Shown here: positions 1-9,287 of the stretch, one piece after another
Numbering within the stretch: position 1 is the first letter of the stretch
Layout: each line of letters starts with the position of its first letter
From: Candidatus Latescibacterota bacterium
GTDB lineage: Bacteria > Latescibacterota > UBA2968 > UBA8231
Length of the DNA: 64,000 nt
Assembly: GCA_965215195.1 (NCBI GenBank)
Contig: CBDCDC010000002.1
Coordinates: forward strand, 608,001-672,000
Direction of reading: 5' to 3'
Notes under the pieces: model-generated
Seen by the model: only the letters and a program-made list of their open reading frames with translations
Told to the model about the DNA's origin: nothing
Database searches by the model: none
Position numbers and translations under genes: made by a program

Positions 1-1
1 A

Positions 2-613
2 TGCCGACCGCCAGTCGCCATCGCGGGGTTGGCCGACGCTGCCGACGGTGACCAAGTATTGGTGATCCCCTATGGCGGCCCTAGCCGAGGTCAGCGGCAC
101 GGGCTTGTTCGCGCCTAAAGGCGCGGCGAAGTCGCGCATCTGGCAGTAGATGCGCGCTTCGTGTGTGTGGCCGACAAAAGCCAATGGCCACTTGAGCTGG
201 CTCATGCACCAAGCGACGCGATCGTACAAGAGGAGGGGTTCCCATTCTTCGGGCTTGAGGGGGTTGGCATGGGACAAAGCCGCATTGCGCTCCATGCGCC
301 GAAAAACCCCTTGCCGCAAAAAGTCGCGTTCTTCCTCCCCCAACACCTCGCATGCTTGGTAGAGCGAAGGGCGGGCTAGCAGGTTAAAAGACTGGATACG
401 CACCGGCTCCAGCACAGCTTGATCGTGGTTGCCCAGTACGATCTGTGCCTCTACCTCCTTGAGCCGATAGATACAGCCCAAGGGATCGGGACCGTACCCC
501 ACGATGTCCCCCAAGCAGATAATGCGCTCGGCACCGGCATTGGCCGCAGCGATCAATACGGCCTCTAGCGCTTCGAGATTGGCGTGAATATCGGCGAGCA
601 CTGCGATCTTCAA
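2..613 (-). CDS. Metallophosphoesterase (calcineurin-like), truncated by the window edge
   Basis: Not in the ORF track; manual translation from TTG at 613 gives MKIAVLADIHANLEAL...CLGDIVGYG...GNHD...SHA...GHTH...GSVGQPRDGD. Confidence 0.9.
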   Translation of the reverse strand, partial: MKIAVLADIHANLEALEAVLIAAANAGAERIICLGDIVGYGPDPLGCIYRLKEVEAQIVLGNHDQAVLEPVRIQSFNLLARPSLYQACEVLGEEERDFLRQGVFRRMERNAALSHANPLKPEEWEPLLLYDRVAWCMSQLKWPLAFVGHTHEARIYCQMRDFAAPLGANKPVPLTSARAAIGDHQYLVTVGSVGQPRDGDWRSA

Positions 614-624
614 AAGGCCCCGCC

Positions 625-1548
625 TCAGTTGAATAGTGCGCTAATGGACGTTTCTTCGTGGATCGCACGGATGGCACTGGCAAAGAGAGGAGCCACCGAG
701 CACACCTGCATCATGGGTGTGCGGGCGTCCGCCGGCAAGGGAATCGTATCGGTAATGGCGAGGGCTTGGAGACTAAATTGATCCAGTCGCGCGATCGTCT
801 CCTTGGTGAGGGTGCCGTGGACGCAACCAGCGTAGATTTTGTGCGCTCCGCGCTCCTTGACGGCGGCGGCACCCTTGAGAATGGAAATGCCGGTAATGAT
901 CGCGTCGTCGAAGAATACAACATCTCGGTCCGCTACGTCGCCAATGACCCTGTTTTCCCCGGCGCGCTGATCGACGACCACGAGGGGCAACCCCAACCGC
1001 TGGGCATAGGTCTCGGTGACCTTGGCGCGGCTGATGTCTGGAGCGGCCGCAACCAAGTTGGCTCGGTCGAGGTCGGCGTAATAAGCGCATATCGCCGGGA
1101 CGCCGCTCAGTTGGTCCACTAGGATCCGGCTAAAGCCCATAGTCTGCGGGCTGTGTAAGGTCATGGTGAGAATGCGGTCCGCTCCGGCTTCGGCGATCAG
1201 ATCTGCCACCAAGCGGCCGGCCACAGAAATCCTCGGCTCGTCCTTGCTGTCGGCCAGCGCATACGGATAGTACGGCAGGACAGCGGTGATGCGGCCAGCC
1301 GAGGCGTATTTTAGGGCGTCGAGGGCTATGAGCAACTCCATCAAGTAGGAGCTAACGGGCGGACACGAGGTTTGAATAAAGAACACATCGCGGCCGCGCA
1401 CGTTTTCACAGATCTTTACCTTTATATTTTCGTTGCTAAAGTCGATGAACTCAATGCGCCCGGGCTCAATGGCCAGCGACCGGTAAATGCCTTCGGCCAG
1501 TGCGGGATTGCTCCGCCCGGCGAAAACCTTGAGATTCGCACTCCCCAT
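625..1548 (-). CDS. prs: Ribose-phosphate pyrophosphokinase paralog with degenerate catalytic motifs
   Basis: Prs motifs ENVRGRDVF, ELLIALDALKYASAGRITAVLPYYPY and TDTIP; YALADSK and DQRA replace the usual YxRxDRK and DKRR. Confidence 0.85.
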   Translation of the reverse strand: MGSANLKVFAGRSNPALAEGIYRSLAIEPGRIEFIDFSNENIKVKICENVRGRDVFFIQTSCPPVSSYLMELLIALDALKYASAGRITAVLPYYPYALADSKDEPRISVAGRLVADLIAEAGADRILTMTLHSPQTMGFSRILVDQLSGVPAICAYYADLDRANLVAAAPDISRAKVTETYAQRLGLPLVVVDQRAGENRVIGDVADRDVVFFDDAIITGISILKGAAAVKERGAHKIYAGCVHGTLTKETIARLDQFSLQALAITDTIPLPADARTPMMQVCSVAPLFASAIRAIHEETSISALFN

Positions 1549-1559
1549 CAGTAGGCCCC

Positions 1560-2228
1560 CTAGAACATGGCTAGTGCAGCGCGGGCTTGAGCGGCAATCG
1601 GGTACTGGCCGAAGGCGCGACTGACCTCTTCGAGTAGGGCCTGTTGCTTGTCGCTCTCGCCGGCCAACCCATAGATGCGGGCTGCTTCCATCCGCGCCAT
1701 GGCCTCGCGGATAGTCCCGGCCTGTTGGGCCGCATAGGCTTCGTAGTGCTCGGCTGCGGCCCAGAGCTGCCCTTCGGCTTCGAGACAGGCACCGAGGCCG
1801 CTCTGGGCCGCATAGGCCAACACATCCAAAGGCTCGTAGTTGTCCAAGTAGCTCTGGTAGTAGATCCGAGCCTCGGCATAGCGGCCCTGTGCGTAGTGGA
1901 GATTGGCCAAGAGCACGACCCCTTGGGCCGCAGCCGGGGTCCCGGCATAGGAGGACACCAACTCTTCGGCCAAGCGGATCGCCTCGGTCGGCTCGCCGCC
2001 CTGTTCGACCATCAGCACATCGCCGAGTAGGGCCGCGGCCTTGAGCCTATTGGCCTCCTTGGACTCGATGAAATAATTGATGGCCATAACGACGGCTATC
2101 GCGGCGACAGCCCCACTGACAAAGAGGCGGGCGCGCTCCTTGACGTACTCGACCGCCTGCATGATCCATTCGACAAACTCGTCTTCGCGGAGTTCGCTCT
2201 TGCTCAGTTTACGGCGTTCACTCGACAT
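1560..2228 (-). CDS. Membrane-anchored TPR protein (YfgM-like)
   Basis: N-terminal ELREDEF motif, one TM helix, then TPR-like helices. Confidence 0.75.
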   Translation of the reverse strand: MSSERRKLSKSELREDEFVEWIMQAVEYVKERARLFVSGAVAAIAVVMAINYFIESKEANRLKAAALLGDVLMVEQGGEPTEAIRLAEELVSSYAGTPAAAQGVVLLANLHYAQGRYAEARIYYQSYLDNYEPLDVLAYAAQSGLGACLEAEGQLWAAAEHYEAYAAQQAGTIREAMARMEAARIYGLAGESDKQQALLEEVSRAFGQYPIAAQARAALAMF

Positions 2229-2264
2229 GATGGTATGGCGTCTCCCTAGTTTTGGATTCAGGTT

Positions 2265-2777
2265 TTAATAAACGATAGCGCTTGCCAATTTGTACCCGTG
2301 CAAGAGGCGGCGGCCCGACAGAAAGCTCAATTCGGCCAAAACGCTGATGCCGGCGACAACGGCCCCGAGTTTTTCGAGCACTTGACACGTTGCCGCCAAG
2401 GTCCCGCCGGTGGCCAAAACGTCATCCACGACCAATACCTTTTGCCCCGGTGCTACGGCATCAGTGTGTATTTCTAAGGCCGTCTCGCCGTATTCGAGCG
2501 CGTAGGCGCGGCGCAGCGTGGCTGCCGGTAGCTTACCCGGTTTGCGCATTGGAACAAAACCGCATCCCAATTCGAGGGCGATGGGCACCGCGAACACAAA
2601 CCCGCGGGCCTCTATGCCGACGACTAGGTCCACTTCGGCTTCCGCAAAGGGTTCGAGCATGGTTTGGACCGCGGCCGATAAACCAGCCGGGTCTTTGAGC
2701 AGTGGCGTGATGTCTTTGTATGAGACGCCGTCTTGCGGGAAATTGGGGATTTCGCGGATGAGGTCTTTTAGGCTCAT
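2265..2777 (-). CDS. apt: Adenine phosphoribosyltransferase
   Basis: GIEARGF, RKPGKLP, YALEYG, VVDDVLATGGT. Confidence 0.97.
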   Translation of the reverse strand: MSLKDLIREIPNFPQDGVSYKDITPLLKDPAGLSAAVQTMLEPFAEAEVDLVVGIEARGFVFAVPIALELGCGFVPMRKPGKLPAATLRRAYALEYGETALEIHTDAVAPGQKVLVVDDVLATGGTLAATCQVLEKLGAVVAGISVLAELSFLSGRRLLHGYKLASAIVY

Positions 2778-2801
2778 TTTACATATTATAATTTATAAGT
2801 C

Positions 2802-2963
2802 TTAAAACAGCGCGTAAATAAACGGGGCCACAGCCGACCCTTGGGTCGTGACTATTAACAGCGCCAACAGGATCAAAGTGGCGAATATCGGCCCCAACCA
2901 CCACTTTTTGCGCACCTTCATAAAATCCCATAACTCAGCGAAAATACTCAATTTACTTGGCAT
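2802..2963 (-). CDS. Small membrane protein, DUF5989/SxtK-like (53 aa)
   Basis: Below the ORF-track cutoff; manual translation MPSKLSIFAELWDFMKVRKKWWLGPIFATLILLALLIVTTQGSAVAPFIYALF. Confidence 0.85.
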   Translation of the reverse strand: MPSKLSIFAELWDFMKVRKKWWLGPIFATLILLALLIVTTQGSAVAPFIYALF

Positions 2964-2966
2964 TAC

Positions 2967-3917
2967 CTAGCCCTCCCACTCAATCAAGCGGCTCACGGAT
3001 TCGCCGTGGTGAATGGCTTTGATCGCATCCCCCAACAAGCGGGCGACGCTCAACACGGCAATTTTGCGCCTCGGCTTGCCCGCAGGCAAGGGAATGGTAT
3101 TCGTGGTGGCAAATGCTTCCACCGAGGAGGCATCGATCTTCTCTAAGGCTTGCCCGGAAAAAACGCCGTGCGTACAACCGGCCAGTATTCGGCGCACACC
3201 CCTTTCTTTGAGGACCCGTATCGACTCCATCATGGACCCTCCTGTCAGCACTTCTTCGTCGAAGAGCAAGGCGTCGCGGCCTTCGACCTCGCCGATCATA
3301 TTTTTGATTTCGACCTTTTCGTCGTCCGCGTGGCGGCGTTTGTCCATAATGGCCATCGGCAAGCCGAGCCGACGGGCGTACGCACTCGCTTCATCGGCAC
3401 TCCCAACATCGGGCGACACCACCACGGCGTTGCTGAGGTCTTTCATCCGCATAAAATTGCACAGCAGACTCGTAGCCCACAATTGGTCAACCGGAATGCG
3501 CGAGAACGCCACGATTTGCGGGCTGTGCAAGGTAATGGTCAAGATGCGGTCGGCCCCGGCCACTTGGAGTAAGTCGGCGACGAGGCGGGCACTAATAGAA
3601 ATGCGCGGTTCGTCCTTTTTGTCGGCGCGCACATAGGGATAATAGGGCAGCACGGCCGTAATCCGGCGCGACGACGCGTACTTGAGCGCGTCGATTAGCA
3701 ATAGAAGCTCAACAAAGTGATGATTGACCGGAGGGGCTGACGTCTGGATGACGAAGACGTCGTCTTCGCGCACGTTCTCCTCAATTTTAACCTTTATATT
3801 GTCGTTGGGCTCGCGGACGATCTGGCGGCGAGTAGGCACAATGGCCAAGTAATCACATATTTCTTGGGCCAGCTTTGGATTGCTCGAACCCGACAATATT
3901 TTCAGGTGATTTTTCAT
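2967..3917 (-). CDS. prs: Ribose-phosphate pyrophosphokinase
   Basis: PYYPYVRADKK, SPDVG, MDKRR, PRPP loop DEEVLTGGS, TNTIP. Confidence 0.92.
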   Translation of the reverse strand: MKNHLKILSGSSNPKLAQEICDYLAIVPTRRQIVREPNDNIKVKIEENVREDDVFVIQTSAPPVNHHFVELLLLIDALKYASSRRITAVLPYYPYVRADKKDEPRISISARLVADLLQVAGADRILTITLHSPQIVAFSRIPVDQLWATSLLCNFMRMKDLSNAVVVSPDVGSADEASAYARRLGLPMAIMDKRRHADDEKVEIKNMIGEVEGRDALLFDEEVLTGGSMMESIRVLKERGVRRILAGCTHGVFSGQALEKIDASSVEAFATTNTIPLPAGKPRRKIAVLSVARLLGDAIKAIHHGESVSRLIEWEG

Positions 3918-4074
3918 ACTCTAATCCCAATTGTAACATTAAAGACCGGCCCAAACTAAGGCAAGAGGGCCGCCTTGACAGCCCATTGGTGCAAAACTAA
4001 CTTGGCAATTTCCCGCCCACTTGTCAGACGCAACATCCTTCTCGCCGCCGCCGGCGGTGCAACGAAAGAGGCTT

Positions 4075-4332
4075 ATGGCGCGCGTGAATATCATGCTGCC
4101 GGACGATCTGCTCGAACGCATCGATCAAGTTGCACAGCAAGAGGGCGTAAGCCGCAGCAAACTCCTGCGCTTGGCCTTTGTGGCGTACTGCCAACAAAGG
4201 GAAGCAACATACGAGTACCAGCGGAAACAGGCGGCTATCGAACACGGAATAACGCTCCAAGACAGCCTGCGCAAAAAGGCCCTGCCTTGGGATCCGCTCC
4301 AGATCCTGCGCGCGGAACGGCGAGCGCGGTGA
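4075..4332 (+). CDS. Ribbon-helix-helix (CopG-like) antitoxin
   Basis: MARVNIMLPDDLLERIDQVAQQEGVSRSKLLR; AGAGG RBS; GTGA overlap with the PIN gene. Confidence 0.85.
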   Translation: MARVNIMLPDDLLERIDQVAQQEGVSRSKLLRLAFVAYCQQREATYEYQRKQAAIEHGITLQDSLRKKALPWDPLQILRAERRAR

Positions 4333-4757
4333 TTCGCTACGCGCTAGATACCTCGGTTATGCTGAGGTGGTTTTCTTCAGCACACGATGTGGATACCCAC
4401 AAGGCCCTTGGGCTTCGCCAAGAGCGGCTAGCGGAAAGGGTCGAGCTAACCGTGCTCGACCAATCTATATACGAGTTAGCCCACGTTCTCAAGGAAAGCC
4501 AGCAATTCGAGCGGACCCATATAGACGACGCCTTGGCCAGCTTGGAGTACATGCACTTGGATATCGTGCCCTACAACCCCGAAATTATCCGCAAAGCCAC
4601 TCAAATCGCCTTTGAGCATTCCATCAGCATGTACGCCGCTGGCTTCATTGCCCTAGGTGCCCATCTCCGCTGCCAAGCCGTGACCAGCGATAGCGACCTG
4701 TACCGCAAAGTCGCCTCCCTGCCTTGGACCGCGCTTTTGGCCGACTTGAACTTCTAG
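4329..4757 (+). CDS. PIN-domain (VapC-type) toxin
   Basis: GTG start; ALDTSV...YELAH...AVTSD PIN pattern; coupled to the RHH gene. Confidence 0.85.
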   Translation: MIRYALDTSVMLRWFSSAHDVDTHKALGLRQERLAERVELTVLDQSIYELAHVLKESQQFERTHIDDALASLEYMHLDIVPYNPEIIRKATQIAFEHSISMYAAGFIALGAHLRCQAVTSDSDLYRKVASLPWTALLADLNF

Positions 4758-5935
4758 ACCTCGGCAAGCGCCCTATCCAGATCGCCGATTAGCTCGGCGG
4801 CGTCCTCAATGCCCACTGCATAGCGCACCAACTGGTCGGTGATGCCGATGGCCAGCCGATCCTTCTGGCTTAAATCGTAATAGGAAACAGTGGCCGGATG
4901 CGAGACCAGCGTCTCCACCCCGCCCAAGCTCGGCGCGATATAAGGCACGGCTAGACGATGGACAAAATTCCGCGTCTGCTCGAGGGTGCCGTCGATCTCA
5001 AAGCTGATCAGCCCGCCAAAACCGCGCATTTGCTCTTTGGCGACGCGGTGATCGACATGGCTTTCGAGGCCCGGGTAAAAGACTTGGCGAACCTTGGGAT
5101 GACCCGCTAGGAACTGGGCCACCATCAGGGCTGTATCGTTCTGCCGCACAACCCGTAACGCGAGCGTCTTTAACCCCCGGATCAATAAATACGAGGTATT
5201 GGGGTCAACGATACTGCCAGTGATTCGTTGGTATTCGCCAATGGCCTCGACTAAAGGAGCCTTGCCGCAGACGACCCCCGCCATCAGATCATTGTGCCCG
5301 CCGAGGTATTTGGTGGCACTGTGGATGACCAGATCAACCCCGAAATCGAGGGGCCGCTGATTGACTGGCGTGGCCAAGGTGCTGTCAATGAGAACCTTGA
5401 GACGCCGCTGTTTGGCAAAAGCGACGAGCTGTTCCAAGTCGAGGACGTGCAGGTGGGGATTGGTCGGGGACTCGGTAAAGATCAAGCGGGTCTGCGGGCG
5501 CACCGCAGCCGCCAACGCATCCATATCACCGGGTTTAACTAGGGTGGATTCAATGCCGAATTTGGCCAAGACCTCGCAGAACTTGGCCGTCATGCGATAG
5601 CAATCTTCCATGAGCACCAAGTGTTGCCCATTGCGCAGCATCGCGTAGAGCACCGAGGTAATCGCGCTCATGCCCGACGAAAAGAGCAAGGCGGCTTCGG
5701 CGTTTTCCAAGGCGGCTATTCTGCGCTCGGCGGCCCGCTGGGTCGGATTGCCGTAGCGCCCGTATTCGTAGAGCGATTTTTCGCCGGCCTTAAAGGCGGC
5801 AAATTCATCTAGATCGGCAAAGGTATAGGTAGCCGTCTGGGCAATGGGATCGATGAGGGACTGGGCAAACTTATCTCGTTCCACGCCCCCGTGTACGGAA
5901 CGAGTCGATTCTCCTGCAAAACCATCGTGGTTCAT
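4754..5935 (-). CDS. metB: Cystathionine gamma-synthase (Cys/Met PLP family, plant-like)
   Basis: YGRYGNPT, FSSGMSA, ESPTNP, HSATKYLGGH, APSLGG, GIED. Confidence 0.85.
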   Translation of the reverse strand: MNHDGFAGESTRSVHGGVERDKFAQSLIDPIAQTATYTFADLDEFAAFKAGEKSLYEYGRYGNPTQRAAERRIAALENAEAALLFSSGMSAITSVLYAMLRNGQHLVLMEDCYRMTAKFCEVLAKFGIESTLVKPGDMDALAAAVRPQTRLIFTESPTNPHLHVLDLEQLVAFAKQRRLKVLIDSTLATPVNQRPLDFGVDLVIHSATKYLGGHNDLMAGVVCGKAPLVEAIGEYQRITGSIVDPNTSYLLIRGLKTLALRVVRQNDTALMVAQFLAGHPKVRQVFYPGLESHVDHRVAKEQMRGFGGLISFEIDGTLEQTRNFVHRLAVPYIAPSLGGVETLVSHPATVSYYDLSQKDRLAIGITDQLVRYAVGIEDAAELIGDLDRALAEV

Positions 5936-5948
5936 TGTATTTGCTCTT

Positions 5949-7313
5949 TCAGTGGCGGGCAGTGGCCAGCGTCCGCTGCTCTACGGCCTCGAGGACGGCC
6001 CGATGCACGGCTTCGTATTCGGCCTCAATCTCAATGGGCACATTGCGATGCCGCGGCTCGACGTGGAATTCCCGCAATTGGTCTTCGTGGTACTTCACCT
6101 TGAAATCTGGAAACTTCAGTCCGTGCGCCGTGGATATTACGATCACCCGGCTCTTAGGCCCGACGTGCCCGGCTGCGATCATTTTGTTTAGTGCTGCCAA
6201 GGCGACGCCTGTGTGTGGACAAGTGAACAGCCCATTGCGGTCGGCCCTTGCACAGGCGTTGGCCAATTCGTCTTCCGTGGCCTCTTCGACAATGCCGTCG
6301 AAGTGCTGCAAGGTGCGAATGGCCCGCTCCCTGCTTACGGGGTTGCCGATCTTTATGGCACTGGCCAAGGTGTCGCGGGCCGTTTGCGGCTCAAAGGTGC
6401 GGAACCCGTCGAGATAACTGAGATAGAGCGGATTGGCTTGGGCTGCTTGGGCGACGGCAATGCGCGGCAGCTTGTCTATAAGCCCCATTTGCCTGCCCTC
6501 GATAAACCCCTTCCCCAAGGCACTGACATTGCCCAGATTGCCGCCCGGGATAATGACCCAGTCGGGCACCTCCCAGTGAAATTGCTGTAACAGCTCAATC
6601 GCGATGGTCTTCTGCCCTTCAATGCGGAGCGAATTCATGGAGTTGGCCAGATAGATGTGGTCGCGGCGACAAATTTCCTGCACCAAGGTCATGCACCCGT
6701 CGAAATCGGTGCGCAGGGCGAGCGTCAGCGCACCATTGGCTATGGGCTGGATGAGCTGGGCGGTGGAGATCATGTCTTTGGGCAACAACACGATCGCCGG
6801 AATGCCAGCGGCGGCGCAATACGCGGCCAATGCGGCCGAGGTGTCCCCGGTTGAGGCGCAGGCTACCGCGGGTATAAACTGGCCCTCGGCAATCATCTGG
6901 TTGACCATGGAAACCAATACGGTCATGCCCAAATCCTTAAACGAACCCGTGTGGCTATTGCCGCACTGCTTGATCCACAGATCCTCCATGCCCAGCTCGG
7001 CACCCAAGCGCTCGGCCCAGAGCAGATTGCTCCCCCCCTCGTACATGGAGACCACGTTCTCGTCTTCGACGAGGGGGCAAACCATCTCTTTCTTGCCCCA
7101 AACCGAACTCCCATACGGATGCACCGAACTCATGTAGCGCTGATCAAACAGCGTCCGCCACTCGCCGCCCGAGCGCCGCTGCAAGGGTTCCATATCGTGG
7201 TGTACTTCGAGCAGCCCCCCGCACTTTTGACAGTGATAGACTACTTCGTTTAGCGGATAGCGCTCGTCGTCGCAATTGAGACACTGGAACCAGACATTAT
7301 AGGAATAGGGCAT
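5949..7313 (-). CDS. thrC: Threonine synthase (plant-like type)
   Basis: [47 protein letters not shown]. Confidence 0.95.
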   Translation of the reverse strand: MPYSYNVWFQCLNCDDERYPLNEVVYHCQKCGGLLEVHHDMEPLQRRSGGEWRTLFDQRYMSSVHPYGSSVWGKKEMVCPLVEDENVVSMYEGGSNLLWAERLGAELGMEDLWIKQCGNSHTGSFKDLGMTVLVSMVNQMIAEGQFIPAVACASTGDTSAALAAYCAAAGIPAIVLLPKDMISTAQLIQPIANGALTLALRTDFDGCMTLVQEICRRDHIYLANSMNSLRIEGQKTIAIELLQQFHWEVPDWVIIPGGNLGNVSALGKGFIEGRQMGLIDKLPRIAVAQAAQANPLYLSYLDGFRTFEPQTARDTLASAIKIGNPVSRERAIRTLQHFDGIVEEATEDELANACARADRNGLFTCPHTGVALAALNKMIAAGHVGPKSRVIVISTAHGLKFPDFKVKYHEDQLREFHVEPRHRNVPIEIEAEYEAVHRAVLEAVEQRTLATARH

Positions 7314-7533
7314 GCCAACTCGCTCTGTTGGGGTGGATCAGGGCTTGTTCAGCCAAAAAGGGCATCTATTTCGTCTTCTTCATCGCTTGCCGGTAGAAAA
7401 AAAGTATTGCTAACGTGGAACCCCTCTCTTCTTGGGGCGTTTAATCTATGTGAGCTATTCCGGTCATGGTTCGCATCCCTCCCTAGCGGCCAGGTGCATC
7501 CACGGGTGCCCTGGCCGCGCCGTATTTTATCTT

Positions 7534-8541
7534 TCAGTTCAATCGCTGGACTACGATGTACCCCATGGGCAATTCCACGACTGGACTCACTTCTCCAACT
7601 TTCAGTTGCACTACGACTTCTTCAATTTCGGGCATGAGTTCACCCGGCCCAAAAAACCCCAAATCCCCGCCTTGGTTGGCGTTGGGCGCAATGGAAAGCT
7701 GCTGCGCTAGCTGGGAAAAATCGGCTCCTTGGGCCACTTTTTCGAGGACTTCGCGTGCGGACGCTTCCGTTTCGACCAATATGTAGCGCGCCCGCATCTG
7801 ACCGGCCAGAGTCGCCTGTATCTCTTCGATTTTGGCCAAGATCGCCTGGGCTAGGTAGGGATCCTGCGCCCGCTCTTTAGCCAATTTGTAGTAGTCAAGT
7901 GCTTCGGGATAGCGCTTGGCTCCAGCGAGCAGGAACGCGATGTTATTGTAGGCTTCGACATTCTCCGGCGACAACTCCGCCAGCTTTTGATAGCATTCAA
8001 TGGCTCGATCTACCGAGTCCTTTTGCGCGTAGTAATATCCATATAGGCGATGGGCTTCCGAGTTTTTATCGTCCAGTGCCAAGGCCCGGTCGAGGCGCTC
8101 GCGCGCCCTTTCGCTCTGCCCGGCCTGCATGTAGAGATAACCGAGGGTGCTGTGGACTTGGGTTGAGGACGGGGCCAGAATACTCGCTTGTTCGACGTAA
8201 AAAATGGACGAGTCTAGCTGGCCCATGGCCAAAAAGGCCTCCCCCAACGCCGAGTATACCGGTAGCTGCCTAGGATCTTCGGCGAGCGATTTTTGCAGCG
8301 ACTCAGCCGCCTGACTATAGCCGCCGGTCTGCATGTAAAGGCTGGCCAAGCGGTTGAGAAACATCGCGCTGCCAGCACCCAGTTCGCACGCCTTTTCGTA
8401 TTCGGCTAACGCCTGCTTAGGCTGCCCTTGCGCCAGCAGGGAGTCTCCGCGCTGGACCGCCTCGACGATGGCTTGGCCGCTCGCCGGAGTTGCTACCCCT
8501 ATTACCCCTATTACAGCGGCGATCAGTCCTATAAGCCTCAT
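7534..8541 (-). CDS. Secreted TPR protein with C-terminal parvulin (PpiC) PPIase domain
   Basis: Signal peptide, several TPRs, then ARYILV...FSQLAQQLS...GGDLGFF...GEVSPVV...GYIVV. Confidence 0.85.
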   Translation of the reverse strand: MRLIGLIAAVIGVIGVATPASGQAIVEAVQRGDSLLAQGQPKQALAEYEKACELGAGSAMFLNRLASLYMQTGGYSQAAESLQKSLAEDPRQLPVYSALGEAFLAMGQLDSSIFYVEQASILAPSSTQVHSTLGYLYMQAGQSERARERLDRALALDDKNSEAHRLYGYYYAQKDSVDRAIECYQKLAELSPENVEAYNNIAFLLAGAKRYPEALDYYKLAKERAQDPYLAQAILAKIEEIQATLAGQMRARYILVETEASAREVLEKVAQGADFSQLAQQLSIAPNANQGGDLGFFGPGELMPEIEEVVVQLKVGEVSPVVELPMGYIVVQRLN

Positions 8542-8564
8542 ACTCCCTCACATCGCGTACTGAG

Positions 8565-9287
8565 CTAGCGCAGTTGGCGCATGACCTCGGCAGTAATCCG
8601 CTCGACTAGATCGCTTTCTCCGGCCAGCTCACAGGACGGCCGATCCCCAATCCCAAAGCGCCCCCTCAGGTTCGTAAGGTCTTCCACATCTTTACCCTCA
8701 AGTGTGCGTATCCCGCCGAGTTGGTGCGCCACCAAGGCGATTTGAGCAAAGTGTTCGACAGTCTCCATCTTGAAATGGGCGTCCATGACGTGTTGGCCCA
8801 CGGTTACCACCCCGTGATTGGCCATTAGAACGGCGTCGTATTGCCGCAAAAGCGGCTTCATCGGCTCGACGATATCGGGACCGCCAGGCGTACCGTAATC
8901 TGCCAGTGGAATGCCCCCGAGGCTGACGATGACCTCGGGCAATACGCACTGAGTCAGCTCAATGCCAGCGACGGCAAAACCGGTCGCGGTCGGCGGATGC
9001 GCATGGACGACAGCGCGGACATCGGGCCGCAGCTTGTAGATTTCGAGGTGCATGCGGATTTCCGACGATATTTTCAGCGCACCCGCTACTTGCCGGCCCT
9101 CCATATCGCAGGTGGCCAGCATGTCTGCGCTCAGATAGCCCTTGCTCACCCCGGTCGGCGTACACAGCACTAGGTCGTCCTCTATGCGGACGCTGATATT
9201 GCCGTCGTTGGCCGCTACGTACCCTCGCTGATAGACCCGGTGTCCTACTTCGCACATTTCTTTTTTGATCGCATACGCCGAACTCAT
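8565..9287 (-). CDS. Class II aldolase (FucA/adducin family) with a C-terminal amphipathic extension
   Basis: DGNISVR, TPTGVSKG, SSEIRMH, HAHP, NHG; ATG at 9287 overlaps the upstream stop (ATGA). Confidence 0.9.
   Translation of the reverse strand: MSSAYAIKKEMCEVGHRVYQRGYVAANDGNISVRIEDDLVLCTPTGVSKGYLSADMLATCDMEGRQVAGALKISSEIRMHLEIYKLRPDVRAVVHAHPPTATGFAVAGIELTQCVLPEVIVSLGGIPLADYGTPGGPDIVEPMKPLLRQYDAVLMANHGVVTVGQHVMDAHFKMETVEHFAQIALVAHQLGGIRTLEGKDVEDLTNLRGRFGIGDRPSCELAGESDLVERITAEVMRQLR

Noticed and set aside
3975-4328. N-terminal extension of the 260-aa PIN ORF
   Set aside because: It overlaps the antitoxin gene; the GTG at 4329 gives a normal PIN size
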